Origin: Eledone cirrhosa
Taxonomy: Eukaryota
Direction: 5' to 3'
Length of the DNA stretch: 64,000 nucleotides
Assembly (NCBI GenBank): GCA_964016885.1
Contig: OZ024742.1
Location: 168,950,001-169,014,000 of the forward strand
Shown here one piece after another: positions 26,134-39,980 of the stretch. Position 1 is the first letter of the stretch. Every line of letters begins with the position of its first letter. Below the pieces are notes generated by a model. The model worked only from the letters and a program-made list of their open reading frames with translations. It was not told where the DNA came from and did no database searches. The translations under genes were made by a program, and so were the position numbers.

Positions 26134-29100
26134 TTGGCTGGCTGGAAATTATCTCCCCTTGGAGGCTGGAATTTATCTCCCCTTGGACGGCTAGAAATTA
26201 CCTCTCCTTGGACGGCTGGAAAATATGTCCTTGGACGGCTGGATATTATCTACCCTTGGACGGCTGGAAATTATCTCCCCTTGGACGGCTGGAAATTATC
26301 TCCCCTTGGACGGCTAGATATTATCTCCCCTTGGACGGCTGGAAATTATCTCCCCTTGATTTTTTTTACAAATTATCTCCCCCTGATTTTTTTTACAAAT
26401 CTAATGATTTTTAAAAAAAAATTATCTCCCCTTCGCTGGCTGGAAATTATCTCCCCTTGGACGCTGGAAATTATAGCCCCTTGGAGGGCTGGAAATTATC
26501 TTCCCTTGGACGGCTGGAAATTATCTCCCCTTGGCTCGAAATTATCTCCCCTTGGACGGCTAGAAATTATCTCTCTTTGGACGGCTGGAAATTATCTCCC
26601 TTTGATTTTTTTTACAAATTATCTGCCCCTGATTTTTTTTACAAATCTCCCCCTGATTTTTAAAAAAAAATTATCTCCCCTTCGCTGGCTGGAAATTATC
26701 TCCCCTTGGACACTGGAAATTATAGCCTCTTGGAGGGCTGGAAATTATCTTCCCTTGGACGGCTGGAAATTATCTCTGCTTGATTTTTTTTACAAATTAT
26801 CTCCCCCTGATTTTTTTTTACAAATTATCCCCCCCGATTTTTTTTACAAATTATCTCCCCCTGATTTTTTTTACAAATTATCTCCCCTTGGACGGCTGGA
26901 AATTATCTCCCCTTGGACGGCTGGAAATTATCTCCCCTTGGACGGCTAGAAGTTACCTCTCCTTGGACGACTGAAAATTATCTCCCCTTGGACGGCTGCA
27001 AATTATCTCCCCTTGATTTTTTTTACAAATTATCTCCGCCTGATTTTTTTTTTAAAATTATCTCCCCTTGGACGGCTGGAAATTACCTCCCCTTGGACGG
27101 CTGGAAATTATCTCCTTGGACGGCTAGAAATTACCTCTCATTGGACGGCTGAAAATTATCTCCCCTTGGACGGCTGGAAATTATCTCCCCTTGATTTTTT
27201 TTACAAATTATCTCCCCCTGATTTTTTTTTACAATTATCTCCCCCTGATTTTTTTTTTACAAATTATCTCCGCCTTATTTTTTTTTAAATTATCTCTCCT
27301 TGGACGGCTGGATATTATCTCCCCTTTCATTTTTTTTACAAATTATCTCCCCCTGATTTTTTTTTACAAATTATCTCCCCCTGATTTTTTTTTACAAATT
27401 ATCTCCCCCTGATTTTTTTTTACAAATTATCTCCCCCTGATTTTTTTTTACAAATTATCTACCCCTGATTTTTTTTTACAAATTATCTCCCCCTGATTTT
27501 TTTTACAAATTATCTCTCCCTGATTTTTTTTTACAAATTATCTCCCCCTGATTTTTTTTTACAAATTATCTACCCCTGATTTTTTTTTACAAATTATCTC
27601 CCCCTGATTTTTTTTACAAATTATCTCCCCCTGATTTTTTTACAAATTATCTCCCCCCGATTTTTTTTACAAATTATCTCCGCCTAATTTTTTTAAATAT
27701 TATCTTCCCTTGGCTGGCGGGAAATTATCTCCCCTTGGACGGCTGAAAATTATCTCCCCTTGGACGGCTGGAAATTATCTCCCCTTGATTTTTTTACAAA
27801 TTATCTCCCCCTGATTATTTTTTACAAATTATCTCCCCCTGATTTTTTTTTACAAATTATCTCCCTCTGATTTTTTTTACAAATTATCTCCCCTTGGCTG
27901 GCTGGAAATTATCTCCCGTTGGAGGCTGGAATTTATCTCCCCTTGGACGGTTAGAAATTACCACTCCTTGGACTGCTGGAAAATATGTCTCCTTGGACGG
28001 CTGGAAATTATCTCCCCTTGGACGGCTGGAAATTATCTCCCCTTGGACGGCTGGAAATTATCTCTCCTCGGACGACTAGAAATTACCTCTCCTTGGACAG
28101 CTGAAAATTATCTCCCCTTGGACGGCTGGAAATTATCTCCCCTTGATTTTTTTTACAAATTATCTCCCCCTGATTTTTTTTTACAAATTATCTCCCCCTG
28201 ATTTTTTTTTACAAATTATCTCCCCCTGATTTTTTTTACAAATTATCTCCCCCTGATATTTTTTACAAATTATCTCCCCCTGATTTTTTTACAAATTATC
28301 TCCCCTTGGCTGGCTGGAAATTATCTCCCCTTGGAGGCTGGAATTTATCTCCCCTTGGACGGCTAGAAATTACCTCGCCTTGGACGGCTGGAAAATATGT
28401 CTCCTTGGACGGCTGGAAATTATCTCCCCTTGGACGGCTGGAAATTATCTCCCCTTGGACGGCTAGATATTACCTCCCCTTGGACGGCTGGAAATTATCT
28501 CCCCTTGATTTTTTTTACAAATTATCTCCCCCTGATTTTTTTTTACAAATTATCTCCCCCTGATTTTTTTTTACAAATTATCTACCCCTGATTTTTTTTT
28601 ACAAATTATCTCCCCCTGATTTTTTTTACAAATTATCTCTCCCTGATTTTTTTTTACAAATTATCTACCCCTGATTTTTTTTTACAAATTATCTCCCCCT
28701 GATTTTTTTTACAAATTATCTCCCCCTGATTTTTTTTACAAATTATCTCCCCCTGATTTTTTTACAAATTATCTCCCCCCGATTTTTTTTACAAATTATC
28801 TCCGCCTAATTTTTTTAAATATTATCTTCCCTTGGCTGGCGGGAAATTATCTCCCCTTGGACGGCTGAAAATTATCTCCCCTTGGACGGCTGGAAATTAT
28901 CTCCCCTTGATTTTTTTACAAATTATCTCACCCTGATTATTTTTTACAAATTATCTCCCCCTGATTTTTTTTTACAAATTATCTCCCTCTGATTTTTTTT
29001 ACAAATTATCTCCCCTTGGCTGGCTGGAAATTATCTCCCCTTGGAGGCTGGAATTTATCTCCCCTTGGACGGTTAGAAATTACCTCTCCTTGGACTGCTG

Positions 29101-31890
29101 GAAAATATGTCTCCTTGGACGGCTGGAAATTATCTCCCCTGGGACGGCTGGAAATTATCTCCCCTTGGACGGCTGGAAATTATCTCTCCTCGGACGACTA
29201 GAAATTACCTCTCCTTGGACAGCTGAAAATTATCTCCCCTTGGACGGCTGGAAATTATCTCCCCTTGATTTTTTTTACAAATTATCTCCCCCTGATTTTT
29301 TTTTACAAATTATCTCCCCCTGATTTTATTTTACAAATTATCTCCCCCTGATTTTTTTACAAATTATCTCCCCCTGATATTTTTTACAAATTATCTCCCC
29401 CTGATTTTTTTACAAATTATCTCCCCTTGGCTGGCTGGAAATTATCTCCCCTTGGAGGCTGGAATTTATCTCCCCTTGGACGGCTAGAAATTACCTCGCC
29501 TTGGACGGCTGGAAAATATGTCTCCTTGGACGGCTGGAAATTATCTCCCCTTGGACGGCTGGAAATTATCTCCCCTTGGACGGCTGGAAATTATCTCCCC
29601 TTGGACGGCTAGATATTACCTCCCCTTGGACGGCTGGAAATTATCTCCCCTTGATTTTTTTTACAAATTATCTCCCCCTGATTTTTTTTTACAAATTATC
29701 TCCCTGATTTTTTTTTACGAATTATCTCCCCCTGATTTTTTTTTACAAATTATCTCCGCCTGATTTTTTTTTAAAAATTATCTCCCCTTGAACGGCTGGA
29801 AATTATCTCCCCTTCGACGGCTGGAAATTATCTCCCCTTGGACGGCTAGAAATTACCTCTCCTTGGACGGCTGAAAATTATCTCCCCTTGGACGGCTGCA
29901 AATTATCTCCCCTTGATTTTTTAACAAATTATCTCCCCCTGATTTTTTTTTACAAATTATCTCCCCCTGATTTTTTTTTACAAATTATCTACGCCTAAGT
30001 TTTTTTACAAATTATCTCCCCCTGATTTTTTTTTACAAATTATCTCCCCCTGATTTTTTTTACAAATTATCTCCCCCTGATTTTTTTTTACAAATTATTT
30101 CCCCCTGATTTTTTTACAAATTATCTCCCCCCTGATTTTTTTTACAATCTCCGCCTGATTTTTTAAAAAATTATCTTCCCTTGGCTGGCGGGAAATTATC
30201 TCCCCTTGGACGGCTGGAAATTATATCCCCTTGGACGGCTGGAAATTACCTCCCCTTGGACAGCTGGAATTATCTGTCCTTGATTTTGTTTTTACAAATT
30301 ATCTCCCCCTGATTTTTTTTACAAATTATCTCCACCTGATTTTTTAAAAAATTATCTCCCCTTGGACGGCTGGAAATTATCTCCCCTTGATTTTTTTACA
30401 AATTATCTCCCCCTGATTTTTTTTACAAATTATCTCCGCCTGATTTTTTTAAATATTATCTTCCCTTGGCTGGCGGGAAATTATCTCCCCTTGGACGGCT
30501 GAAAATTATCTCCCCTTGGACGGCTGGAAATTATCTCCCCTTGATTTTTTTTACAAATTATCTCCCCCTGATTTTTTTTTACAAATTATCTCCCCCTGAT
30601 TTTTTTTTACAAATTATCTCCCCCTGATTTTTTTACAAATTATCTCCCCTTGGCTGGCTGGAAATTATCTCCCCTTGGAGGCTGGAATTTTATCTCCCCT
30701 TGGACGGCTAGAAATTACCTCTCCTTGGACGGCTGGAAAATATTTCTCCTTGGACGGCTGGATATTATCTACCCTTGGACGGGTGGAAATTATCTCCCCT
30801 TGGACGGCTGGAAATTATCTCCCCTTGGACGGCTAGATATTACCTCCCCTTGGACGGCTGGAAATTATCTCCCCTTGATTTTTTTTACAAATTATCTCCC
30901 CCTGATTTTTTTTTTACAAATTATCTCCCCCTGATTTTTTTACAAATTATCTCCCCCTGATTTTTTTTACAAATTATCTCCGCCTGATTTTTTTAAATAT
31001 TATCTTCCCTTGGCTGGCGGGAAATTATCTCCCCTTGGACGGCTGAAAATTATCTCCCCTTGGACGGCTGGAAATTATCTCCCCTTGATTTTTTTTACAA
31101 ATTATCTCCCCCTGATTATTTTTTACAAATTATCTTTCCCTGATTTTTTTTTACAAATTATCTCCCCCTGATTTTTTTTACAAATTATCTCCCCCTGATT
31201 TTTTTACAAATTATCTCCCCTTGGCTGGCTGGAAATTATCTCCCCTTGGTGGCTGGAATTTATCTCCCCTTGGACGGCTGGAAATTATCTCTCCTTGGAC
31301 GGCTAGTAATTACCTCTCCTTGGACGGCTGGAAAATATGTCTCGTTGGAGGGCTGGAAATTATCTCCCCTTGGACGGCTGGAAATTATCTCCCCTTGGAC
31401 GGCTGGAAATTATCTCTCCTTGGACGGCTAGAAATTACCTCTCCTTGGACGGTTGAAAATTATCTCTCCTTGGACGGCTGGAAATTATCTACCCTTGGAC
31501 GGCTAGATATTACCTCCCCTTGGACGGCTGGAAATTATCTCCCCTTGATTTTTTTTACAAATTATCTCCCCCTGATTTTTTTTACAAATTATCTACACCT
31601 GATTTTTTTACAAATTATCTCCCCCTGATTTTTTTTACAAATTATCTCCGCCTAATTTTTTTAAATATTATCTTCCCTTGGCTGGCGGGAAATTATCTCC
31701 CCTTGGACGGCTGAAAATTATCTCCCCTTGGACGGCTGGAAATTATCTCCCCTTGATTTTTTTTACAAATTATCTCCCCCTGATTTTTTTTTACAAATTA
31801 TATCCCCCTGATTTTTTTTTACAAATTATCTCCCCCTGATTTTTTTTTACAAATTATCTCCCCCTGATTTTTTTTACAAATTATCTCCCC
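26134..31890 (+). repeat. HOR copy 5 (5757 bp): X'-P-Q-P'-Q'-R-S'-T'
   Basis: X landmarks at 26134 and 31891; internal landmarks recur at +5758 (27894/33652, 29427/35185). Confidence 0.92.
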
Positions 31891-34800
31891 TTGGCTGGCT
31901 GGAAATTATCTCCCCTTGGAGGCTGGAATTTATCTCCCCTTGGACGGCTAGAAATTACCTCTCCTTGGACGGCTGGAAAATATGTCCTTGGACGGCTGGA
32001 TATTATCTACCCTTGGACGGCTGGAAATTATCTCCCCTTGGACGGCTGGAAATTATCTCCCCTTGGACGGCTAGATATTATCTCCCCTTGGACGGCTGGA
32101 AATTATCTCCCCTTGATTTTTTTTACAAATTATCTCCCCCTGATTTTTTTTACAAATCTAATGATTTTTAAAAAAAAATTATCTCCCCTTCGCTGGCTGG
32201 AAATTATCTCCCCTTGGACGCTGGAAATTATAGCCCCTTGGAGGGCTGGAAATTATCTTCCCTTGGACGGCTGGAAATTATCTCCCCTTGGCTCGAAATT
32301 ATCTCCCCTTGGACGGCTAGAAATTATCTCTCTTTGGACGGCTGGAAATTATCTCCCTTTGATTTTTTTTACAAATTATCTGCCCCTGATTTTTTTTACA
32401 AATCTCCCCCTGATTTTTAAAAAAAAATTATCTCCCCTTCGCTGGCTGGAAATTATCTCCCCTTGGACACTGGAAATTATAGCCTCTTGGAGGGCTGGAA
32501 ATTATCTTCCCTTGGACGGCTGGAAATTATCTCTGCTTGATTTTTTTTACAAATTATCTCCCCCTGATTTTTTTTTACAAATTATCCCCCCCGATTTTTT
32601 TTACAAATTATCTCCCCCTGATTTTTTTTACAAATTATCTCCCCTTGGACGGCTGGAAATTATCTCCCCTTGGACGGCTGGAAATTATCTCCCCTTGGAC
32701 GGCTAGAAGTTACCTCTCCTTGGACGACTGAAAATTATCTCCCCTTGGACGGCTGCAAATTATCTCCCCTTGATTTTTTTTACAAATTATCTCCGCCTGA
32801 TTTTTTTTTTAAAATTATCTCCCCTTGGACGGCTGGAAATTACCTCCCCTTGGACGGCTGGAAATTATCTCCTTGGACGGCTAGAAATTACCTCTCATTG
32901 GACGGCTGAAAATTATCTCCCCTTGGACGGCTGGAAATTATCTCCCCTTGATTTTTTTTACAAATTATCTCCCCCTGATTTTTTTTTACAAATTATCTCC
33001 CCCTGATTTTTTTTTTACAAATTATCTCCGCCTTATTTTTTTTTAAATTATCTCTCCTTGGACGGCTGGATATTATCTCCCCTTTCATTTTTTTTACAAA
33101 TTATCTCCCCCTGATTTTTTTTTACAAATTATCTCCCCCTGATTTTTTTTTACAAATTATCTCCCCCTGATTTTTTTTTACAAATTATCTCCCCCTGATT
33201 TTTTTTTACAAATTATCTACCCCTGATTTTTTTTTACAAATTATCTCCCCCTGATTTTTTTTACAAATTATCTCTCCCTGATTTTTTTTTACAAATTATC
33301 TCCCCCTGATTTTTTTTTACAAATTATCTACCCCTGATTTTTTTTTACAAATTATCTCCCCCTGATTTTTTTTACAAATTATCTCCCCCTGATTTTTTTA
33401 CAAATTATCTCCCCCCGATTTTTTTTACAAATTATCTCCGCCTAATTTTTTTAAATATTATCTTCCCTTGGCTGGCGGGAAATTATCTCCCCTTGGACGG
33501 CTGAAAATTATCTCCCCTTGGACGGCTGGAAATTATCTCCCCTTGATTTTTTTACAAATTATCTCCCCCTGATTATTTTTTACAAATTATCTCCCCCTGA
33601 TTTTTTTTTACAAATTATCTCCCTCTGATTTTTTTTACAAATTATCTCCCCTTGGCTGGCTGGAAATTATCTCCCGTTGGAGGCTGGAATTTATCTCCCC
33701 TTGGACGGTTAGAAATTACCTCTCCTTGGACTGCTGGAAAATATGTCTCCTTGGACGGCTGGAAATTATCTCCCCTTGGACGGCTGGAAATTATCTCCCC
33801 TTGGACGGCTGGAAATTATCTCTCCTCGGACGACTAGAAATTACCTCTCCTTGGACAGCTGAAAATTATCTCCCCTTGGACGGCTGGAAATTATCTCCCC
33901 TTGATTTTTTTTACAAATTATCTCCCCCTGATTTTTTTTTACAAATTATCTCCCCCTGATTTTTTTTTACAAATTATCTCCCCCTGATTTTTTTTACAAA
34001 TTATCTCCCCCTGATATTTTTTACAAATTATCTCCCCCTGATTTTTTTACAAATTATCTCCCCTTGGCTGGCTGGAAATTATCTCCCCTTGGAGGCTGGA
34101 ATTTATCTCCCCTTGGACGGCTAGAAATTACCTCGCCTTGGACGGCTGGAAAATATGTCTCCTTGGACGGCTGGAAATTATCTCCCCTTGGACGGCTGGA
34201 AATTATCTCCCCTTGGACGGCTAGATATTACCTCCCCTTGGACGGCTGGAAATTATCTCCCCTTGATTTTTTTTACAAATTATCTCCCCCTGATTTTTTT
34301 TTACAAATTATCTCCCCCTGATTTTTTTTTACAAATTATCTACCCCTGATTTTTTTTTACAAATTATCTCCCCCTGATTTTTTTTACAAATTATCTCTCC
34401 CTGATTTTTTTTTACAAATTATCTACCCCTGATTTTTTTTTACAAATTATCTCCCCCTGATTTTTTTTACAAATTATCTCCCCCTGATTTTTTTTACAAA
34501 TTATCTCCCCCTGATTTTTTTACAAATTATCTCCCCCCGATTTTTTTTACAAATTATCTCCGCCTAATTTTTTTAAATATTATCTTCCCTTGGCTGGCGG
34601 GAAATTATCTCCCCTTGGACGGCTGAAAATTATCTCCCCTTGGACGGCTGGAAATTATCTCCCCTTGATTTTTTTACAAATTATCTCACCCTGATTATTT
34701 TTTACAAATTATCTCCCCCTGATTTTTTTTTACAAATTATCTCCCTCTGATTTTTTTTACAAATTATCTCCCCTTGGCTGGCTGGAAATTATCTCCCCTT

Positions 34801-37571
34801 GGAGGCTGGAATTTATCTCCCCTTGGACGGTTAGAAATTACCTCTCCTTGGACTGCTGGAAAATATGTCTCCTTGGACGGCTGGAAATTATCTCCCCTGG
34901 GACGGCTGGAAATTATCTCCCCTTGGACGGCTGGAAATTATCTCTCCTCGGACGACTAGAAATTACCTCTCCTTGGACAGCTGAAAATTATCTCCCCTTG
35001 GACGGCTGGAAATTATCTCCCCTTGATTTTTTTTACAAATTATCTCCCCCTGATTTTTTTTTACAAATTATCTCCCCCTGATTTTATTTTACAAATTATC
35101 TCCCCCTGATTTTTTTACAAATTATCTCCCCCTGATATTTTTTACAAATTATCTCCCCCTGATTTTTTTACAAATTATCTCCCCTTGGCTGGCTGGAAAT
35201 TATCTCCCCTTGGAGGCTGGAATTTATCTCCCCTTGGACGGCTAGAAATTACCTCGCCTTGGACGGCTGGAAAATATGTCTCCTTGGACGGCTGGAAATT
35301 ATCTCCCCTTGGACGGCTGGAAATTATCTCCCCTTGGACGGCTGGAAATTATCTCCCCTTGGACGGCTAGATATTACCTCCCCTTGGACGGCTGGAAATT
35401 ATCTCCCCTTGATTTTTTTTACAAATTATCTCCCCCTGATTTTTTTTTACAAATTATCTCCCTGATTTTTTTTTACGAATTATCTCCCCCTGATTTTTTT
35501 TTACAAATTATCTCCGCCTGATTTTTTTTTAAAAATTATCTCCCCTTGAACGGCTGGAAATTATCTCCCCTTGGACGGCTGGAAATTATCTCCCCTTGGA
35601 CGGCTAGAAATTACCTCTCCTTGGACGGCTGAAAATTATCTCCCCTTGGACGGCTGCAAATTATCTCCCCTTGATTTTTTAACAAATTATCTCCCCCTGA
35701 TTTTTTTTTACAAATTATCTCCCCCTGATTTTTTTTTACAAATTATCTACGCCTAAGTTTTTTTACAAATTATCTCCCCCTGATTTTTTTTTACAAATTA
35801 TCTCCCCCTGATTTTTTTTACAAATTATCTCCCCCTGATTTTTTTTTACAAATTATTTCCCCCTGATTTTTTTACAAATTATCTCCCCCCTGATTTTTTT
35901 TACAATCTCCGCCTGATTTTTTAAAAAATTATCTTCCCTTGGCTGGCGGGAAATTATCTCCCCTTGGACGGCTGGAAATTATATCCCCTTGGACGGCTGG
36001 AAATTACCTCCCCTTGGACAGCTGGAATTATCTGTCCTTGATTTTGTTTTTACAAATTATCTCCCCCTGATTTTTTTTACAAATTATCTCCACCTGATTT
36101 TTTAAAAAATTATCTCCCCTTGGACGGCTGGAAATTATCTCCCCTTGATTTTTTTACAAATTATCTCCCCCTGATTTTTTTTACAAATTATCTCCGCCTG
36201 ATTTTTTTAAATATTATCTTCCCTTGGCTGGCGGGAAATTATCTCCCCTTGGACGGCTGAAAATTATCTCCCCTTGGACGGCTGGAAATTATCTCCCCTT
36301 GATTTTTTTTACAAATTATCTCCCCCTGATTTTTTTTTACAAATTATCTCCCCCTGATTTTTTTTTACAAATTATCTGCCCCTGATTTTTTTTACAAATT
36401 ATCTCCCCTTGGCTGGCTGGAAATTATCTCCCCTTGGAGGCTGGATTTTATCTCCCCTTGGACGGCTAGAAATTACCTCTCCTTGGACGGCTGGAAAATA
36501 TTTCTCCTTGGACGGCTGGATATTATCTACCCTTGGACGGGTGGAAATTATCTCCCCTTGGACGGCTGGAAATTATCTCCCCTTGGACGGCTAGATATTA
36601 CCTCCCCTTGGACGGCTGGAAATTATCTCCCCTTGATTTTTTTTACAAATTATCTCCCCCTGATTTTTTTTTTACAAATTATCTCCCCCTGATTTTTTTA
36701 CAAATTATCTCCCCCTGATTTTTTTTACAAATTATCTCCGCCTGATTTTTTTAAATATTATCTTCCCTTGGCTGGCGGGAAATTATCTCCCCTTGGACGG
36801 CTGAAAATTATCTCCCCTTGGACGGCTGGAAATTATCTCCCCTTGATTTTTTTTACAAATTATCTCCCCCTGATTATTTTTTACAAATTATCTTTCCCTG
36901 ATTTTTTTTTACAAATTATCTCCCCCTGATTTTTTTTACAAATTATCTCCCCCTGATTTTTTTACAAATTATCTCCCCTTGGCTGGCTGGAAATTATCTC
37001 CCCTTGGTGGCTGGAATTTATCTCCCCTTGGACGGCTGGAAATTATCTCTCCTTGGACGGCTAGTAATTACCTCTCCTTGGACGGCTGGAAAATATGTCT
37101 CGTTGGAGGGCTGGAAATTATCTCCCCTTGGACGGCTGGAAATTATCTCCCCTTGGACGGCTGGAAATTATCTCTCCTTGGACGGCTAGAAATTACCTCT
37201 CCTTGGACGGCTGAAAATTATCTCTCCTTGGACGGCTGGAAATTATCTCCCCTTGGACGGCTAGATATTACCTCCCCTTGGACGGCTGGAAATTATCTCC
37301 CCTTGATTTTTTTTACAAATTATCTCCCCCTGATTTTTTTTTACAAATTATCTCCCCCTGATTTTTTTTTACAAATTATCTACGCCTAAGTTTTTTTACA
37401 AATTATCTCCCCCTGATTTTTTTTTACAAATTATCTCCCCCTGATTTTTTTTACAAATTATCTCCCCCTGATTTTTTTTTACAAATTATTTCCCCCTGAT
37501 TTTTTTACAAATTATCTCCCCCCTGATTTTTTTTACAATCTCCGCCTGATTTTTTAAAAAATTATCTTCCC
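31891..37571 (+). repeat. HOR copy 6 (X'-P-Q-P'-Q'-R-S-T) ending in a rearranged junction
   Basis: Matches copy 5 including private markers CGCCTTATT and GCTGGAATTATCTGTCC. After T it switches to the R-tail (TACGCCTAAG at 37381). Confidence 0.88.
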
Positions 37572-39980
37572 TTGGCTGGCGGGAAATTATCTCCCCTTGG
37601 AGGCTGGAATTTATCTCCCCTTGGACGGCTAGAAATTACCTCGCCTTGGACGGCTGGAAAATATGTCTCCTTGGACGGCTGGAAATTATCTCCCCTTGGA
37701 CGGCTGGAAATTATCTCCCCTTGGACGGCTGGAAATTATCTCCCCTTGGACGGCTAGATATTACCTCCCCTTGGACGGCTGGAAATTATCTCCCCTTGAT
37801 TTTTTTTACAAATTATCTCCCCCTGATTTTTTTTTACAAATTATCTCCCTGATTTTTTTTACGAATTATCTCCCCCTGATTTTTTTTTACAAATTATCTC
37901 CGCCTGATTTTTTTTTAAAAATTATCTCCCCTTGAACGGCTGGAAATTATCTCCCCTTGGACGGCTGGAAATTATCTCCCCTTGGACGGCTAGAAATTAC
38001 CTCTCCTTGGACGGCTGAAAATTATCTCCCCTTGGACGGCTGCAAATTATCTCCCCTTGATTTTTTAACAAATTATCTCCCCCTGATTTTTTTTTACAAA
38101 TTATCTCCCCCTGATTTTTTTTTACAAATTATCTACGCCTAAGTTTTTTTACAAATTATCTCCCCCTGATTTTTTTTTACAAATTATCTCCCCCTGATTT
38201 TTTTTACAAATTATCTCCCCCTGATTTTTTTTTACAAATTATTTCCCCCTGATTTTTTTACAAATTATCTCCCCCCTGATTTTTTTTACAATCTCCGCCT
38301 GATTTTTTAAAAAATTATCTTCCCTTGGCTGGCGGGAAATTATCTCCCCTTGGACGGCTGGAAATTATATCCCCTTGGACGGCTGGAAATTACCTCCCCT
38401 TGGACAGCTGGAATTATCTGTCCTTGATTTTGTTTTTACAAATTATCTCCCCCTGATTTTTTTTACAAATTATCTCCACCTGATTTTTTAAAAAATTATC
38501 TCCCCTTGGACGGCTGGAAATTATCTCCCCTTGATTTTTTTACAAATTATCTCCCCCTGATTTTTTTTACAAATTATCTCCGCCTGATTTTTTTAAATAT
38601 TATCTTCCCTTGGCTGGCGGGAAATTATCTCCCCTTGGACGGCTGAAAATTATCTCCCCTTGGACGGCTGGAAATTATCTCCCCTTGATTTTTTTTACAA
38701 ATTATCTCCCCCTGATTTTTTTTTACAAATTATCTCCCCCTGATTTTTTTTTACAAATTATCTGCCCCTGATTTTTTTTACAAATTATCTCCCCTTGGCT
38801 GGCTGGAAATTATCTCCCCTTGGAGGCTGGATTTTATCTCCCCTTGGACGGCTAGAAATTACCTCTCCTTGGACGGCTGGAAAATATTTCTCCTTGGACG
38901 GCTGGATATTATCTACCCTTGGACGGGTGGAAATTATCTCCCCTTGGACGGCTGGAAATTATCTCCCCTTGGACGGCTAGATATTACCTCCCCTTGGACG
39001 GCTGGAAATTATCTCCCCTTGATTTTTTTTACAAATTATCTCCCCCTGATTTTTTTTTTACAAATTATCTCCCCCTGATTTTTTTACAAATTATCTCCCC
39101 CTGATTTTTTTTACAAATTATCTCCGCCTGATTTTTTTAAATATTATCTTCCCTTGGCTGGCGGGAAATTATCTCCCCTTGGACGGCTGAAAATTATCTC
39201 CCCTTGGACGGCTGGAAATTATCTCCCCTTGATTTTTTTTACAAATTATCTCCCCCTGATTATTTTTTACAAATTATCTTTCCCTGATTTTTTTTTACAA
39301 ATTATCTCCCCCTGATTTTTTTTACAAATTATCTCCCCCTGATTTTTTTACAAATTATCTCCCCTTGGCTGGCTGGAAATTATCTCCCCTTGGTGGCTGG
39401 AATTTATCTCCCCTTGGACGGCTGGAAATTATCTCTCCTTGGACGGCTAGTAATTACCTCTCCTTGGACGGCTGGAAAATATGTCTCGTTGGAGGGCTGG
39501 AAATTATCTCCCCTTGGACGGCTGGAAATTATCTCCCCTTGGACGGCTGGAAATTATCTCTCCTTGGACGGCTAGAAATTACCTCTCCTTGGACGGCTGA
39601 AAATTATCTCTCCTTGGACGGCTGGAAATTATCTCCCCTTGGACGGCTAGATATTACCTCCCCTTGGACGGCTGGAAATTATCTCCCCTTGATTTTTTTT
39701 ACAAATTATCTCCCCCTGATTTTTTTTTACAAATTATCTCCCCCTGATTTTTTTTTACAAATTATCTACGCCTAAGTTTTTTTACAAATTATCTCCCCCT
39801 GATTTTTTTTTACAAATTATCTCCCCCTGATTTTTTTTACAAATTATCTCCCCCTGATTTTTTTTTACAAATTATTTCCCCCTGATTTTTTTACAAATTA
39901 TCTCCCCCCTGATTTTTTTTACAATCTCCGCCTGATTTTTTAAAAAATTATCTTCCCTTGGCTGGCGGGAAATTATCTCC
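35198..39980 (+). repeat. Tandem duplication, period 2386 bp (Q'-R-S-T-R tail)
   Basis: 35571/37957, 36409/38795 and 36979/39365 all differ by 2386. Confidence 0.9.
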
